Source: Acidimicrobiia bacterium
Lineage (GTDB): Bacteria; Actinomycetota; Acidimicrobiia; Spongiisociales; ZC4RG35
Direction of reading: 5' to 3'
Length of the DNA: 64,000 nucleotides
Assembly (NCBI GenBank): GCA_965215185.1
Contig: OZ244034.1
Coordinates: forward strand, 288,001-352,000
In this document: positions 27,466 through 37,326 of the stretch, piece after piece
Layout of the letters: each line of letters begins with the position of its first letter
Position numbering within the stretch: position 1 is the first letter of the stretch
Position numbers and translations under genes: made by a program
The notes under the pieces: model-generated
Databases searched by the model: none
What the model saw: only the letters and a program-made list of their open reading frames with translations
Told to the model about the DNA's origin: nothing

Positions 27466-29967
27466 TCAGGACTTCATCCGTTCATTGTCGGGGTCAAAGA
27501 GGGGAGTGCTGCCTGCCACCGCCACGGTCACCGGATAGGTTTGGTTTATGTACATCACGGCCAATCCTTCACCGACCACCGCATGAGAGGGAGGCAGATA
27601 GGCCAAGAGCAGGTATTTGCCCACCGAGGGGCCATTGCCGGCGCTGGTGACATAGGAGGGTCGGCCATGGCCGTCCACGATACGCTCCCCATCAGCGGTA
27701 AGGATCGGCTCATTGCCGCTCATGTAACGCTTGATACCGGAAGCCGATGTGTGATCCTCCACGGTCAGGGTGCACAGAATCGCCGCCGGGTCCTGTTGGC
27801 GGGCAGCCAGGTAGGGGGTCTTGCCGATGAAGTCGGCCGCTTTCACCTTAGGTCGAGCCAGTCCAGCCTCGACCGGATTGTATTCGGACTCCAATTCGGC
27901 GCCCATCAGCCGATAACCCTTCTCCAAGCGTCCGGTGGTGCCGTATACCCCGATCCCAACCGGGACGATGCCCCAGTCTTGTCCGGCCTCCCACAACATG
28001 TCCCATAGCCGGAGCCCCTGTTCCATGGGGACCGAGATCTCCCATCCCAACTCTCCCACATAGGAGATGCGCAGCATCAGAGTGTCGATCCCGCCCAGGT
28101 TCACATGTTTCACCCATCCGTAGCGGAAGCCCTCGTTGGAGACGTCGTCGGTGGTCAAACTTTCTATCACCCGGCGGGCGTTGGGACCCCACAGACCCAC
28201 CGTGGAGATGGCGGAGGTACGGTCCACGAATGTGACCGATCCGTCGTTGGGAACGTGCTTGCGGAACCAGTACCGGTCCCGAGCGCCATCGCCCCCACCA
28301 CTGATCACCCGGTAGTGTTCCTCTCCGAGCCGAAGAATGGTGAGATCGGCCCGAAAGCCCCCGGTCTCGGTCAGAAGCGGGGTGTAAACCGCCCGACCCA
28401 CCGCCACATCGCACTGGTTGACAGCCATCTTCTGGATGTAGTCCACTGTCCCGGGACCGGTGACGTCGAAAATGGCGAAGGCGGTTAGGTCCACCATCCC
28501 GACGTTTTCCCGCATGGCGAGATGCTCGGCGTTGATGACTGGTGACCACCACCGAGCGTCCCACTCGTGGTCTCGTCCCAGGACGCCATACTTTTCCACC
28601 AGTGGGGCGTTGACTTCGTACCATTGGGGCCTTTCCCATCCGCCTCCCTCAAAGAAGACGGCGCCCAGCTCCACCTGGCGGGGGTAGGCGGGCACGGTTC
28701 GAACCATCCGATTGGATTCCCACTGCTCGCGGGGATGGACGATGCCGTAGGTCTTGTTGAAATGCTCGGAGCAGCGGGCGTATATGTGGTATTCGCTGCG
28801 GGCGTAACGGTAGAAGCGGGCGATGTCGGAGGAATGCGGATCGATTTCGGGGTATCCCTGGGTCATCCACTGGGCGACCATTTTCCCCACACCCGGTCCT
28901 TCCTTGATCCAAACCGCTGCCGCTGACCACAGGTTCTTGACCTCCACAGTTTCCCCCAGTAGCGGCATGGCGTCGGGAGTAAGGGACAGGAGTCCGTTGA
29001 TGGCGTAACGAATCTCGGCCTGAGCGAGAATCTCCGGCATCAGTTCCAGGGCGTGTTCCATCTGCAAGTCAAAGTCTTCGTCTGTGAACGGAAGTTCGGT
29101 GGGGGAGAGCAGTGATTCCCCCAGAGAGGGGATCTGATCAGGATGATGGAAGATCGGGCGGTGGGCGTACGATCCCACCTCCATGGAACCGGCGGTCTGC
29201 CGCTCGTACATGTAGGTGTCCATGTCGCGTACGATCGGGTAGCCGATCTCGGACCGGGTGTCCTGTAGAACCGGAATGGGTCCGACATCAATCATCTGGT
29301 GTACGGCGGGGGTAAGGGGGATAGTCGCCCCGGCCATTCGGGCCATCTGTGGGCTCCACACCCCGCAGGCGATAACCACGTAGTCGGTTTCAATCCGGCC
29401 CCGGTCGGTAATCACAGCCCGTATTGCGCCACCTACCACCTCCATGCCCAGCACCTCGGTGTTGGGAACAACAGTGAGAGCATCCCGGGTCTGGGCCCGC
29501 TCGCGCATGATGGTTCCCGCCCGCAGGGAGTCGACCACCGTCACTCCAGGGCTGTAGAAGCCACCCAGAACCACATCCTGGTTGATGAAGGGAACCAATT
29601 TCTTGACTTCGGCGGGAGAGATGAGGTATGACTCGACTCCCCAGGCGGTGGCAGATGTCATCCGTCGCCGAAACTCTTCCATACGCTCGGGGGTGCGCGC
29701 CACTTCGATTCCCCCCGAGACCGTCATCACTCCCATCTCCCGATACTGGGAGGTGGAGTCGAGGGTCAGCATGGTCATTTCTTTGGAGTGGTCGACCGGA
29801 AAACAAAAGTTGGAGGCATGGCCGGTTGAACCACCGGGGTTGGGCAGAGGGCCTTTGTCGATCTGCACGATGTCCCTCCAACCCATCTCGGCCAGGTGTC
29901 CAACCAACGAGTTTCCTGCTATGCCGGCCCCAATGACTATGACCTGGGCGCTGGTGGGAAAGTCCAT
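27466..29967 (-). CDS. Dimethylglycine dehydrogenase/oxidase (FAD oxidoreductase plus GcvT folate-binding domain)
   Basis: GAGIAG Rossmann motif, GGSTGHA (covalent-FAD His), TPDAMPLLG, RISYVGELGWE, RLEKGYR; start moved to the ATG after GGGAG; cotranscribed with etfBA. Confidence 0.85.
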   Translation of the reverse strand: MDFPTSAQVIVIGAGIAGNSLVGHLAEMGWRDIVQIDKGPLPNPGGSTGHASNFCFPVDHSKEMTMLTLDSTSQYREMGVMTVSGGIEVARTPERMEEFRRRMTSATAWGVESYLISPAEVKKLVPFINQDVVLGGFYSPGVTVVDSLRAGTIMRERAQTRDALTVVPNTEVLGMEVVGGAIRAVITDRGRIETDYVVIACGVWSPQMARMAGATIPLTPAVHQMIDVGPIPVLQDTRSEIGYPIVRDMDTYMYERQTAGSMEVGSYAHRPIFHHPDQIPSLGESLLSPTELPFTDEDFDLQMEHALELMPEILAQAEIRYAINGLLSLTPDAMPLLGETVEVKNLWSAAAVWIKEGPGVGKMVAQWMTQGYPEIDPHSSDIARFYRYARSEYHIYARCSEHFNKTYGIVHPREQWESNRMVRTVPAYPRQVELGAVFFEGGGWERPQWYEVNAPLVEKYGVLGRDHEWDARWWSPVINAEHLAMRENVGMVDLTAFAIFDVTGPGTVDYIQKMAVNQCDVAVGRAVYTPLLTETGGFRADLTILRLGEEHYRVISGGGDGARDRYWFRKHVPNDGSVTFVDRTSAISTVGLWGPNARRVIESLTTDDVSNEGFRYGWVKHVNLGGIDTLMLRISYVGELGWEISVPMEQGLRLWDMLWEAGQDWGIVPVGIGVYGTTGRLEKGYRLMGAELESEYNPVEAGLARPKVKAADFIGKTPYLAARQQDPAAILCTLTVEDHTSASGIKRYMSGNEPILTADGERIVDGHGRPSYVTSAGNGPSVGKYLLLAYLPPSHAVVGEGLAVMYINQTYPVTVAVAGSTPLFDPDNERMKS

Positions 29968-30026
29968 ATCTTCACTCCCTATCATGGATTTGGTTCTTGT
30001 GGCTAGTCGACGCGGTTGCGCGAGGC

Positions 30027-30067
30027 GTTTACAATGTGTAAACTTTACTCGAATCTTAGGTAAAGTT
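30027..30067. promoter_or_regulatory. Two overlapping dyad operator candidates in a divergent promoter
   Basis: GTTTACA-ATG-TGTAAAC (30027-30043) and AACTTTAC-N11-GTAAAGTT (30041-30067). Confidence 0.55.
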
Positions 30068-30138
30068 CTTCTCTTGAGTTCTCACCGTAAGATCTCTTGT
30101 CCATCGGCAGCGGCCATCACCTTCCAATAGGAGAAATC

Positions 30139-30825
30139 ATGAGCGAAGATTTCGACTTGGGGTCCCTCGACGACGAGGAACTCGTCTATCAAATGCATGA
30201 CGATCTCTACGACGGCCTAGCCGATGAGATCGCCGCAGGAACCCTAATTCTACTGGGTCGTTCGTGGGAGGCCCAAAGGGTGCTGAATGATGCGCTTGTG
30301 GAGGGCATGCGCATCGTGGGAATAGATTTCCGCGACGGGATCCTCTTCGTACCTGAGGTGCTCTTGGCCGCCAGAGCCATGAAGGCCGGTATGGAGATAC
30401 TGCGACCCATACTGTCCGCCTCGGGCGTGGAGGCGGTCGGCAAAGTGGTGATCGGAACGGTCAAGGGAGATATTCACGACATCGGGAAGAATCTGGTGGG
30501 GATGATGTTGGAGGGCGCCGGATTCGAGGTGTTCGACCTGGGCATCAATACCGACGCTGCGGAGTTTCTGGAGGCCCTTGAGGAACATGAACCCGACATT
30601 CTGGGGATGTCGGCGCTGCTGACCACCACTATGCCCTACATGAAAGTGGTGATCGACGCTCTCAAGGATCGGGAAATCCGGGAGGAATACATCGTCTTGG
30701 TGGGCGGTGCGCCCCTCAACGAGGAATTCGGGGAGGCGGTGGGTGCCGATGCCTACTGTCGGGACGCAGCCATTGCTGCTGAGACAGCCCAGACCCTGAT
30801 TGCCAAGAAGCGCGCCAATGCCTAG
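30139..30825 (+). CDS. Corrinoid (B12-binding) protein, cap plus Rossmann domains
   Basis: FVPEVL, GTVKGDIHDIGKNLV (DxHxxG), SALLTTT, GGAP; AGGAG RBS. Confidence 0.95.
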   Translation: MSEDFDLGSLDDEELVYQMHDDLYDGLADEIAAGTLILLGRSWEAQRVLNDALVEGMRIVGIDFRDGILFVPEVLLAARAMKAGMEILRPILSASGVEAVGKVVIGTVKGDIHDIGKNLVGMMLEGAGFEVFDLGINTDAAEFLEALEEHEPDILGMSALLTTTMPYMKVVIDALKDREIREEYIVLVGGAPLNEEFGEAVGADAYCRDAAIAAETAQTLIAKKRANA

Positions 30826-30840
30826 CACGGGAATCCGGAG

Positions 30841-31764
30841 ATGACCGAAACGGTTGTCTCCTCTGCCACTCGGGAGTGGGTGATTGGACCGAATCGCCCC
30901 TTCACGATCATCGGCGAGCGGATCAACCCCACCGGAAGGAAACTGTTGGCCGCCGAGATGAAGAGCGGAGACTTCAGCAGGGTGGAGGCTGACGCCCTAG
31001 CTCAGGTGCAAGGTGGCGCCCACATGTTGGATGTGAATGCCGGGATACCACTGGCCGACGAGCCCGCCATCCTGGCCGAGGCCATAAAGCTGGTGCAGTC
31101 GCTTACCGATGTTCCTCTTTCCATCGACTCGTCCATAGTGGAGGCGCTGGAGGCAGGATTGGGGGTCTATCAGGGGAAGGCCCTGGTCAACTCGGTGACG
31201 GGCGAGGACGAGGTGATGGAGAGGGTGTTGCCGCTGGTGGCCAAACATGGAGCGGCGGTGGTGGCCATCTCCAACGACGAGACCGGTATCTCCGAGGATC
31301 CGGATGTCCGCTTTGAGGTGGCAAAAAAGATCGTGTCCCGCGCGTCGGACTACGGGATTCCGGCACGGGATGTGGTGGTTGACCCATTGGTGATGCCGAT
31401 CGGTGCGCTGGCCAACGCCGGCCGACAGGTCTTCCACATCCTGGGTCGCCTCAGAGACGAACTGGGCGTCAACTCCACCTGCGGAGCATCCAACGTCAGC
31501 TTTGGGCTCCCCAACCGGGCGGCTATCCACTCGGCTTTCCTGACCATGGCGATCAGCGCCGGACTCACTTCAGCTATCACCAATCCACTTCACGCTGAAG
31601 TTCGCACCGCGGTGATGGCAGCCGATGTGATGATGGCCAATGATCCGGAGTGTGCTCGATGGATCCGGGCCTACCGCGCTCCCCTCGCTTCGGGTAGGGG
31701 CTCTTCTCGAAGGGGAGGTGGTCGTCGGCGGACCGGACAAGGCGCCGATGACCGAAACGGTTGA
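30841..31764 (+). CDS. Methyltetrahydrofolate:corrinoid methyltransferase (stand-alone pterin-binding domain)
   Basis: IIGERINPTGRK, LDVN, SIDSS, VNSV, DPLV, GASNVSFGLP. Confidence 0.92.
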   Translation: MTETVVSSATREWVIGPNRPFTIIGERINPTGRKLLAAEMKSGDFSRVEADALAQVQGGAHMLDVNAGIPLADEPAILAEAIKLVQSLTDVPLSIDSSIVEALEAGLGVYQGKALVNSVTGEDEVMERVLPLVAKHGAAVVAISNDETGISEDPDVRFEVAKKIVSRASDYGIPARDVVVDPLVMPIGALANAGRQVFHILGRLRDELGVNSTCGASNVSFGLPNRAAIHSAFLTMAISAGLTSAITNPLHAEVRTAVMAADVMMANDPECARWIRAYRAPLASGRGSSRRGGGRRRTGQGADDRNG

Positions 31765-33739
31765 ACCCCGGATAATCTTCACGCCTTCGGGGCGGAGGGG
31801 TCGGGTACCCCGGGGGACGACGGTGCTGGAGGCGGCGCGGTCGGTGGGCGCCGACCTCGCTTCCTTGTGTGGGGGGAGGGGGATCTGTGGTCGGTGTCAG
31901 ATGACTCCGGTTTTGGGGGAGTTCGCCAAGCACGGGATCTCGGTGGGACCGGAGGCGCTGAGCGAGTGGTCGGAGACCGAGTCTTCCTACCGGGAGCGTC
32001 GAGGCTTGGAGTTCGACCGGCGACTGGGATGTATGGCCAGGGTGTTGGCGGATGTGCTGGTGGATGTGCCGCCCGAAAGCCAGACGCACCGCCAAGTGGT
32101 GAGAAAAGAAGTGGATGTGGGAAAACTGCGGTTGGATCCGGTGCTCACCCTCCACTATTTGATAACGACTCTTCCTACCCTCGAACATGCGCCCGGAGAC
32201 GCTCAACGGCTTTTGGCGGCGTTGGAAGAACAGTGGGGACTATCGGGACTGACCGTGCGATCAGACATGTTGAGAATGCTGCAGGAAGCTGTGCGGCAGG
32301 GTCAGGGCAGGGTGACCGCGGTAGTCCGGGACCGGCGGGAGGTGGTGGCGGTCTGGTCAGGATTTCGGGAAGAGGTATTCGGGGTGGCGGTGGATGTGGG
32401 TTCAACCACCATCGCCGGCCATCTGGCCGACTTGACCACCGGTGAGGTGCTCGCCTCCCAGGGCTTGATGAATCCTCAGGTCAGATTGGGAGAAGACCTG
32501 ATGAGCCGTGTTTCCTATGTAGCCATGAACGAGAATGGGGCGCAGCGACTCACCTCGCTGGTGCGGGAGGCGGTCTCGGACTTGTGCTCGGAACTGATGG
32601 AGGCGGCCGGGGCCGAGCGGGAGGCGGTCTTGGAAATGGTGGTGGTGGGCAATCCCATCATGCATCATCTCTTCCTGGGACTGGATGTGCGTCCGTTGGG
32701 GGAGGCCCCTTTCACACTGGCCACTGACGGCCCGGTGGAAGTAGCCGCCTCGTCGGTGGGAATTGACTTGGGGGAGGCCGCCCGTATTTACCTGCTTCCC
32801 TGCATAGCCGGGCATGTTGGAGGGGACGCGGCGGGGATGATCCTCTCCGAGCGCCCCTATGCGTCGGCGGAGCTCACCTTGTTGTGTGATATCGGGACCA
32901 ATGCCGAGATAGTGCTTGGGAACTCCGAGCGACTGCTGGCCGCCTCCAGCCCCACCGGTCCGGCCTTGGAGGGCGCGCAGATCTCCTCGGGGCAAAGGGC
33001 GGCGCCTGGTGCGATAGAGCGGGTGCGCATCGATCCACACACCTTGGAACCCCGGATCAGGGTGATAGGGGTGGACCACTGGTCGGACGAACCGGGTTTT
33101 TTGCAAGGGGTGGAGAAAGTCTCGGTTACCGGCATCTGTGGATCGGGAATCATCGAGGCGCTGTCGGAGTTGGCGGCGGCCGGAGTAATAGCTGCCAACG
33201 GGCGGATATACGAGTCTGCCGCAGAACGTTCCCCCCGGGTGGTCAGCGAGGGTCGGACCTTTTCCTATACCCTGTGGGATAAGGGATCGGTGGTGAGAAT
33301 CACGCAAAACGACGTCCGGGCGGTCCAACTGGCCAAAGCGGCCCTATTGGCGGGAGCACGGCTCCTGATGGATCACCTGGGCGTCGATCAAGTGGACCGC
33401 ATCCGATTGGCAGGGGCATTCGGTTCGCACCTCAGCGCCTCCCATTCCATGGCGCTGGGTTTGATCCCTGATATTCCCGTCCACCGGGCCTCTTCAGCAG
33501 GAAACGCGGCGGGCACCGGGGCTCTGATGGCCCTGTTGAGTGGGAAATGCCGACGAGAGATCGAGCAAGTCGTGGAAAGAGTCGAAAAAATAGAAACCGC
33601 CATAGAGCCCCGCTTCCAGGAGCATTTTGTGGCGGCCATGTCATTCCCAGGCGCCCGCCAGGGCCCGGCGGACAACCAGCGGTTGGTTTCCCGCCGATCC
33701 AGGCGCGGGACCGCCGGTAGGAAAAAGGAGAAGCAGTGA
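31748..33739 (+). CDS. ATP-dependent reductive activator of corrinoid proteins (RACo/RamA-like; 2Fe-2S plus ASKHA)
   Basis: CGGRGICGRC...RLGC ferredoxin motif; DVGSTT, GHVGGD, DIGTNAE, GPALEGA, GICGSG, AGAFG. Confidence 0.92.
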   Translation: MTETVEPRIIFTPSGRRGRVPRGTTVLEAARSVGADLASLCGGRGICGRCQMTPVLGEFAKHGISVGPEALSEWSETESSYRERRGLEFDRRLGCMARVLADVLVDVPPESQTHRQVVRKEVDVGKLRLDPVLTLHYLITTLPTLEHAPGDAQRLLAALEEQWGLSGLTVRSDMLRMLQEAVRQGQGRVTAVVRDRREVVAVWSGFREEVFGVAVDVGSTTIAGHLADLTTGEVLASQGLMNPQVRLGEDLMSRVSYVAMNENGAQRLTSLVREAVSDLCSELMEAAGAEREAVLEMVVVGNPIMHHLFLGLDVRPLGEAPFTLATDGPVEVAASSVGIDLGEAARIYLLPCIAGHVGGDAAGMILSERPYASAELTLLCDIGTNAEIVLGNSERLLAASSPTGPALEGAQISSGQRAAPGAIERVRIDPHTLEPRIRVIGVDHWSDEPGFLQGVEKVSVTGICGSGIIEALSELAAAGVIAANGRIYESAAERSPRVVSEGRTFSYTLWDKGSVVRITQNDVRAVQLAKAALLAGARLLMDHLGVDQVDRIRLAGAFGSHLSASHSMALGLIPDIPVHRASSAGNAAGTGALMALLSGKCRREIEQVVERVEKIETAIEPRFQEHFVAAMSFPGARQGPADNQRLVSRRSRRGTAGRKKEKQ

Positions 33740-35271
33740 TGAGCAGCAGAAGACGATCCGGCGGACGGGCGGCGCGGGCAGCGGCGCGGGCGGCGGCCCA
33801 GGAAACGAAACGGGCTCCTTTCTTCACCAGCAAGCTCCCTCCCTATGAGGTGCTCAGCACTGAAGGTTTGGAGATCATCGAATCCAATGCCGAGACCATA
33901 TTGGAGAGGGTGGGGGTAGAAATAACCGATGAACAGGCGGTGAAAGACTTTGGGGAGGCCGGCGCCGATGTTCAGGGGACCAGAGTACGGTTTCCCCGGG
34001 GAATGTGTCGGGAGATCGTCACCGCCACCGCTCCCTCCATGTTCACCCAGGTGGCCCGCAACCCGGAGCGGTCGGTGGTGATCGGCGGGAACAACCTGGT
34101 ACTCGCCCCGGCCTACGGGTCGCCATTCGTCAGGGATCTCGACGGGGGCCGGCGCTATGCCACCCTGGAGGACTTTCACAACTTCGTGAAGCTGACCTAC
34201 ATGACTCCCTTCCTGCACCATTCGGGAGGAACGGTGTGCGAACCGGTGGACATCCCCATTCCCAAGCGTCACCTCGACATGGTGTATGCCCATCTGCGCT
34301 GGTCGGATAAGCCGTTCATGGGCTCGGTTACCGCCCCCCATCGGGCGGCCGACTCGGTGGAGATGGCCGCTTTGGTCTTCGGGGCGCAGTTCTTGGAAGA
34401 AAACACTGTGATTCTCGCGCTCTGCAACGCCAACTCCCCTCTCTGCTGGGACCGCGCCATGTTGGGATCAGCCCGTGAATACGCCAAGCGCAACCAAGCA
34501 GTCATTATCACCCCCTTCATCCTGGCGGGGGCGATGGCCCCGGTGACGGTGGCGGGAGTGGCCGCCCAGACCCTGGCGGAGGCGCTGGTGGGGATGGCCT
34601 ACACGCAGTTGGTGCGACCCGGAGCGCCGGTGATCTTCGGTTCGTTTGCCTCTTCCATGTCCATGCAGTCGGGAGCGCCCACCTTCGGCACCCCCGAACC
34701 GACGCTGACCATTTTCGTGCTGGCCCAACTTGCTCGCCGGTTGGGGGTTCCCTTCCGAACGGGCGGGAACCTGACTGCATCGAAGATCCCTGATGCCCAG
34801 GCCGCCTACGAATCAGCCGCTACTTTCCAGCCCACCCTCCTGGCTGGCGTCAACTTCGTGCTGCATGCGGCGGGATGGCTGGAAGGAGGGTTGGCGATGG
34901 GATACGAAAAATTCATCCTCGACACCGACCAATGCGGCATGGCCGAGTCTTTGTTGGCGGGTGTGGATCTCTCCGAGAACGGACAGGCGCTGGAGGCGGT
35001 GATCGAGAACGGACCCGGCCAGCACCATCTCGGAACTGCTCACACTCTGGCCAATTTCGAGACGGCCTTCTATCGTTCTTTCACGGCCGACAGCAACAGC
35101 TTCGAGCAGTGGTCGGAAGAGGGGGGGCTGCGGGCCGTGGAGCGGGCCAACTCTCTGTGGAAGAAGTCCCTTGCCGAGTACCAGCCGCCCCCGCTGGACG
35201 AGGCGGTGGATGAAGCGCTGCACGAATACATGGCCAAAAAGAAGCAAATCTATCCGGACTCGGAGGTGTAG
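33736..35271 (+). CDS. MttB-superfamily non-pyrrolysine methyltransferase (likely glycine betaine:corrinoid MT, MtgB-like)
   Basis: SDKPFMGS, NSPL, GAMAPVT, FGTPE, SKIPDAQAAYE, HAAGWLE; no in-frame TAG. Confidence 0.92.
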   Translation: MMSSRRRSGGRAARAAARAAAQETKRAPFFTSKLPPYEVLSTEGLEIIESNAETILERVGVEITDEQAVKDFGEAGADVQGTRVRFPRGMCREIVTATAPSMFTQVARNPERSVVIGGNNLVLAPAYGSPFVRDLDGGRRYATLEDFHNFVKLTYMTPFLHHSGGTVCEPVDIPIPKRHLDMVYAHLRWSDKPFMGSVTAPHRAADSVEMAALVFGAQFLEENTVILALCNANSPLCWDRAMLGSAREYAKRNQAVIITPFILAGAMAPVTVAGVAAQTLAEALVGMAYTQLVRPGAPVIFGSFASSMSMQSGAPTFGTPEPTLTIFVLAQLARRLGVPFRTGGNLTASKIPDAQAAYESAATFQPTLLAGVNFVLHAAGWLEGGLAMGYEKFILDTDQCGMAESLLAGVDLSENGQALEAVIENGPGQHHLGTAHTLANFETAFYRSFTADSNSFEQWSEEGGLRAVERANSLWKKSLAEYQPPPLDEAVDEALHEYMAKKKQIYPDSEV

Positions 35272-36146
35272 TGGTCTCCTCCGACTATGCCGAACGGCTG
35301 GACGGTTTAAGTCCCGCCATCCGTTCGGCGATAGCCCAGGTTCTTCAAAACGCCCGTTATGAGATCATCCCGCTCAAGAACGCCACCGTCCAAGCCCGTT
35401 TTCTGCCTCCCGGGGCGGTGGCGACCGTCACCGCTTCTCCCAACAAGGGCATGGAGGCCACCTTGGAGTTGGCTGCCGAGTTGGTCGAACAGGGCTTCGA
35501 CGTCACGCCTCATCTGTCGGCTCGTCTCCACCGGGACCGGGCACATCTGGAAGGCACTCTGGACAGGGCAAGAGAACTGGGGTTGCGCAGGGCATTTGTC
35601 GTGGGAGGAGACCATCTGCACCCCGGCGAGTTCTTTGACGGGCTTTCCCTGCTCCGGGCAATGGAGGAGATAGGACATCCCTTCGACGAAGTGGGGATCC
35701 CCGCCTACCCGGAGGGACATCCCATCATCCCCTCCTCCAAGTTGGATCAGGCGTTATCAGATAAACAGCCTTACGCCCATCACATGGCTACCCAGATGTG
35801 CTTCGACGCTGAGGCGATCCGCTCTTTTCTCTCCGACGCGCGCGGGCGCCAAATCCGCCTTCCTGCTCTGCTGGGCGTGCCGGGGGTGGGAGGGCGGATG
35901 AAGCTGCTGCAGATCTCGGCCCGGATCGGGGTGGGGGATTCGATGAGATTCCTCTCCAAGAACGCTCGAGTGGTAACCAAGCTGCTGGGCCCCGGGGGCT
36001 ACGACCCCGGGGAGTTACTGGAGGATTTGGGAGACAATCTGCTCGATCCGGTGCTTGGCGTCAAGGGCTTGCATATTTACACCTTTAACCGCTGTGAGGC
36101 GACCGAGGCCTGGCGGCAGGAATACCTGGAAGCATTGAGGCAATGA
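35271..36146 (+). CDS. metF: Methylenetetrahydrofolate reductase
   Basis: PHLSAR, VVGGD, AYPEGHP, TQMCFD, LHIYTFN. Confidence 0.88.
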   Translation: MVSSDYAERLDGLSPAIRSAIAQVLQNARYEIIPLKNATVQARFLPPGAVATVTASPNKGMEATLELAAELVEQGFDVTPHLSARLHRDRAHLEGTLDRARELGLRRAFVVGGDHLHPGEFFDGLSLLRAMEEIGHPFDEVGIPAYPEGHPIIPSSKLDQALSDKQPYAHHMATQMCFDAEAIRSFLSDARGRQIRLPALLGVPGVGGRMKLLQISARIGVGDSMRFLSKNARVVTKLLGPGGYDPGELLEDLGDNLLDPVLGVKGLHIYTFNRCEATEAWRQEYLEALRQ

Positions 36147-36176
36147 TGGCCTCTACTGTGGGGTAAGGTCATCCTG

Positions 36177-37304
36177 ATGTTGGGTGATCTGGTCTGGGTA
36201 GTGGTGGGAATGGCGATTCTCATCTTCGGAGCGGAGCGGCTCGTGACTTCTGCTGAGCGACTTGCCCACCATTGGGGGATGTCCCCAGTTCTGATCGGAG
36301 CGGTCGTGGTGGGACTGGGCACTTCCCTGCCGGAGATGCTCATCTCAGGATTGGCTGCCGCCCGACCCAATGGGCTCGATTTGGCCACTGGCAACATCGT
36401 GGGATCCAACATCGCCAATCTGTCGTTGGTGCTGGGCATTGCCATGATTATTGCTCCTCTGAAGAATGTCCAATTGGACTTGCGTAGGGAGTGGCTGGCC
36501 ATGTTGGCGGGATCCTTCCTGCTGGTCGTGCTGGCCTGGAACAATGCTTTGTCCCGATGGAACGGGATAGTGTTGGCGGCCGGCATGGGGGTGGGTCTGC
36601 TGTTGCTATACCGATGGTCACTCGATGTCAAGGTGGTCAATGGGGACGCAGCCGATACGACAGAAAAAAAAGACTCTCCCCACTCCGCCGGCATCCAGAA
36701 ATGGAAAGGGAAAGCAGAGGTGGTGACCGCTTTTCGGATAGTCGGTTTCCGGCTTCGCCTTCGCCTACTCCTATGGAGAGAGGTGCTAATGGCCCTGATT
36801 GCCTTGGGGTTGACTCTTTGGGGAGCGGACCGGTTGGTGGAAGGGGCTACCGGAATTGCCGACCGGCTGAATATCTCGGGAGGGCTGGTCGGCCTCACCC
36901 TCGTGGCGCTGGGAACCTCTCTTCCCGAACTGGCCACCGCCGTGGTCGCCGCTCGGCATGGAAACACTGAACTGGTGATAGGAAATGTGCTGGGCTCCAA
37001 TCTCTTCAATTCGCTGGCGGTGGGTGGCATAGCGGGATTGGTGGGGGACGGGGCCTTCACCGACAATTTCAGAGGCAGCCTTCTGTGGATGATGGGCGCC
37101 GCTGTGACTGCCGGGGGTATAGCCAATGGTGTGCGTGGTTTTGACCGTTTTCTTTCTGCCCGCAGTCCTAATCGTCTCTTCCGGATGGCGGGGACCGCCC
37201 TGGCATCCGGAGATGTGGTGTTCTCGCGTTGGTCTCGAAGCCGGACAGCCGGGGTGGCGCTGGTCGTTTTCTACCCTATGGCCTTGATGCTGGCCGGGTT
37301 ATGA
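36177..37304 (+). CDS. Calcium/sodium antiporter (CaCA, YrbG-like)
   Basis: Two alpha repeats: GTSLPE...GNIVGSNIAN and GTSLPE...GNVLGSNLFN. Confidence 0.92.
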   Translation: MLGDLVWVVVGMAILIFGAERLVTSAERLAHHWGMSPVLIGAVVVGLGTSLPEMLISGLAAARPNGLDLATGNIVGSNIANLSLVLGIAMIIAPLKNVQLDLRREWLAMLAGSFLLVVLAWNNALSRWNGIVLAAGMGVGLLLLYRWSLDVKVVNGDAADTTEKKDSPHSAGIQKWKGKAEVVTAFRIVGFRLRLRLLLWREVLMALIALGLTLWGADRLVEGATGIADRLNISGGLVGLTLVALGTSLPELATAVVAARHGNTELVIGNVLGSNLFNSLAVGGIAGLVGDGAFTDNFRGSLLWMMGAAVTAGGIANGVRGFDRFLSARSPNRLFRMAGTALASGDVVFSRWSRSRTAGVALVVFYPMALMLAGL

Positions 37305-37326
37305 AGATCGCCTCCGAGAAGGGGCT

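Noticed and set aside
33736-35271. Pyrrolysine-dependent trimethylamine methyltransferase
   Set aside because: No in-frame amber codon and no pyl genes; sequence fits the non-Pyl branch
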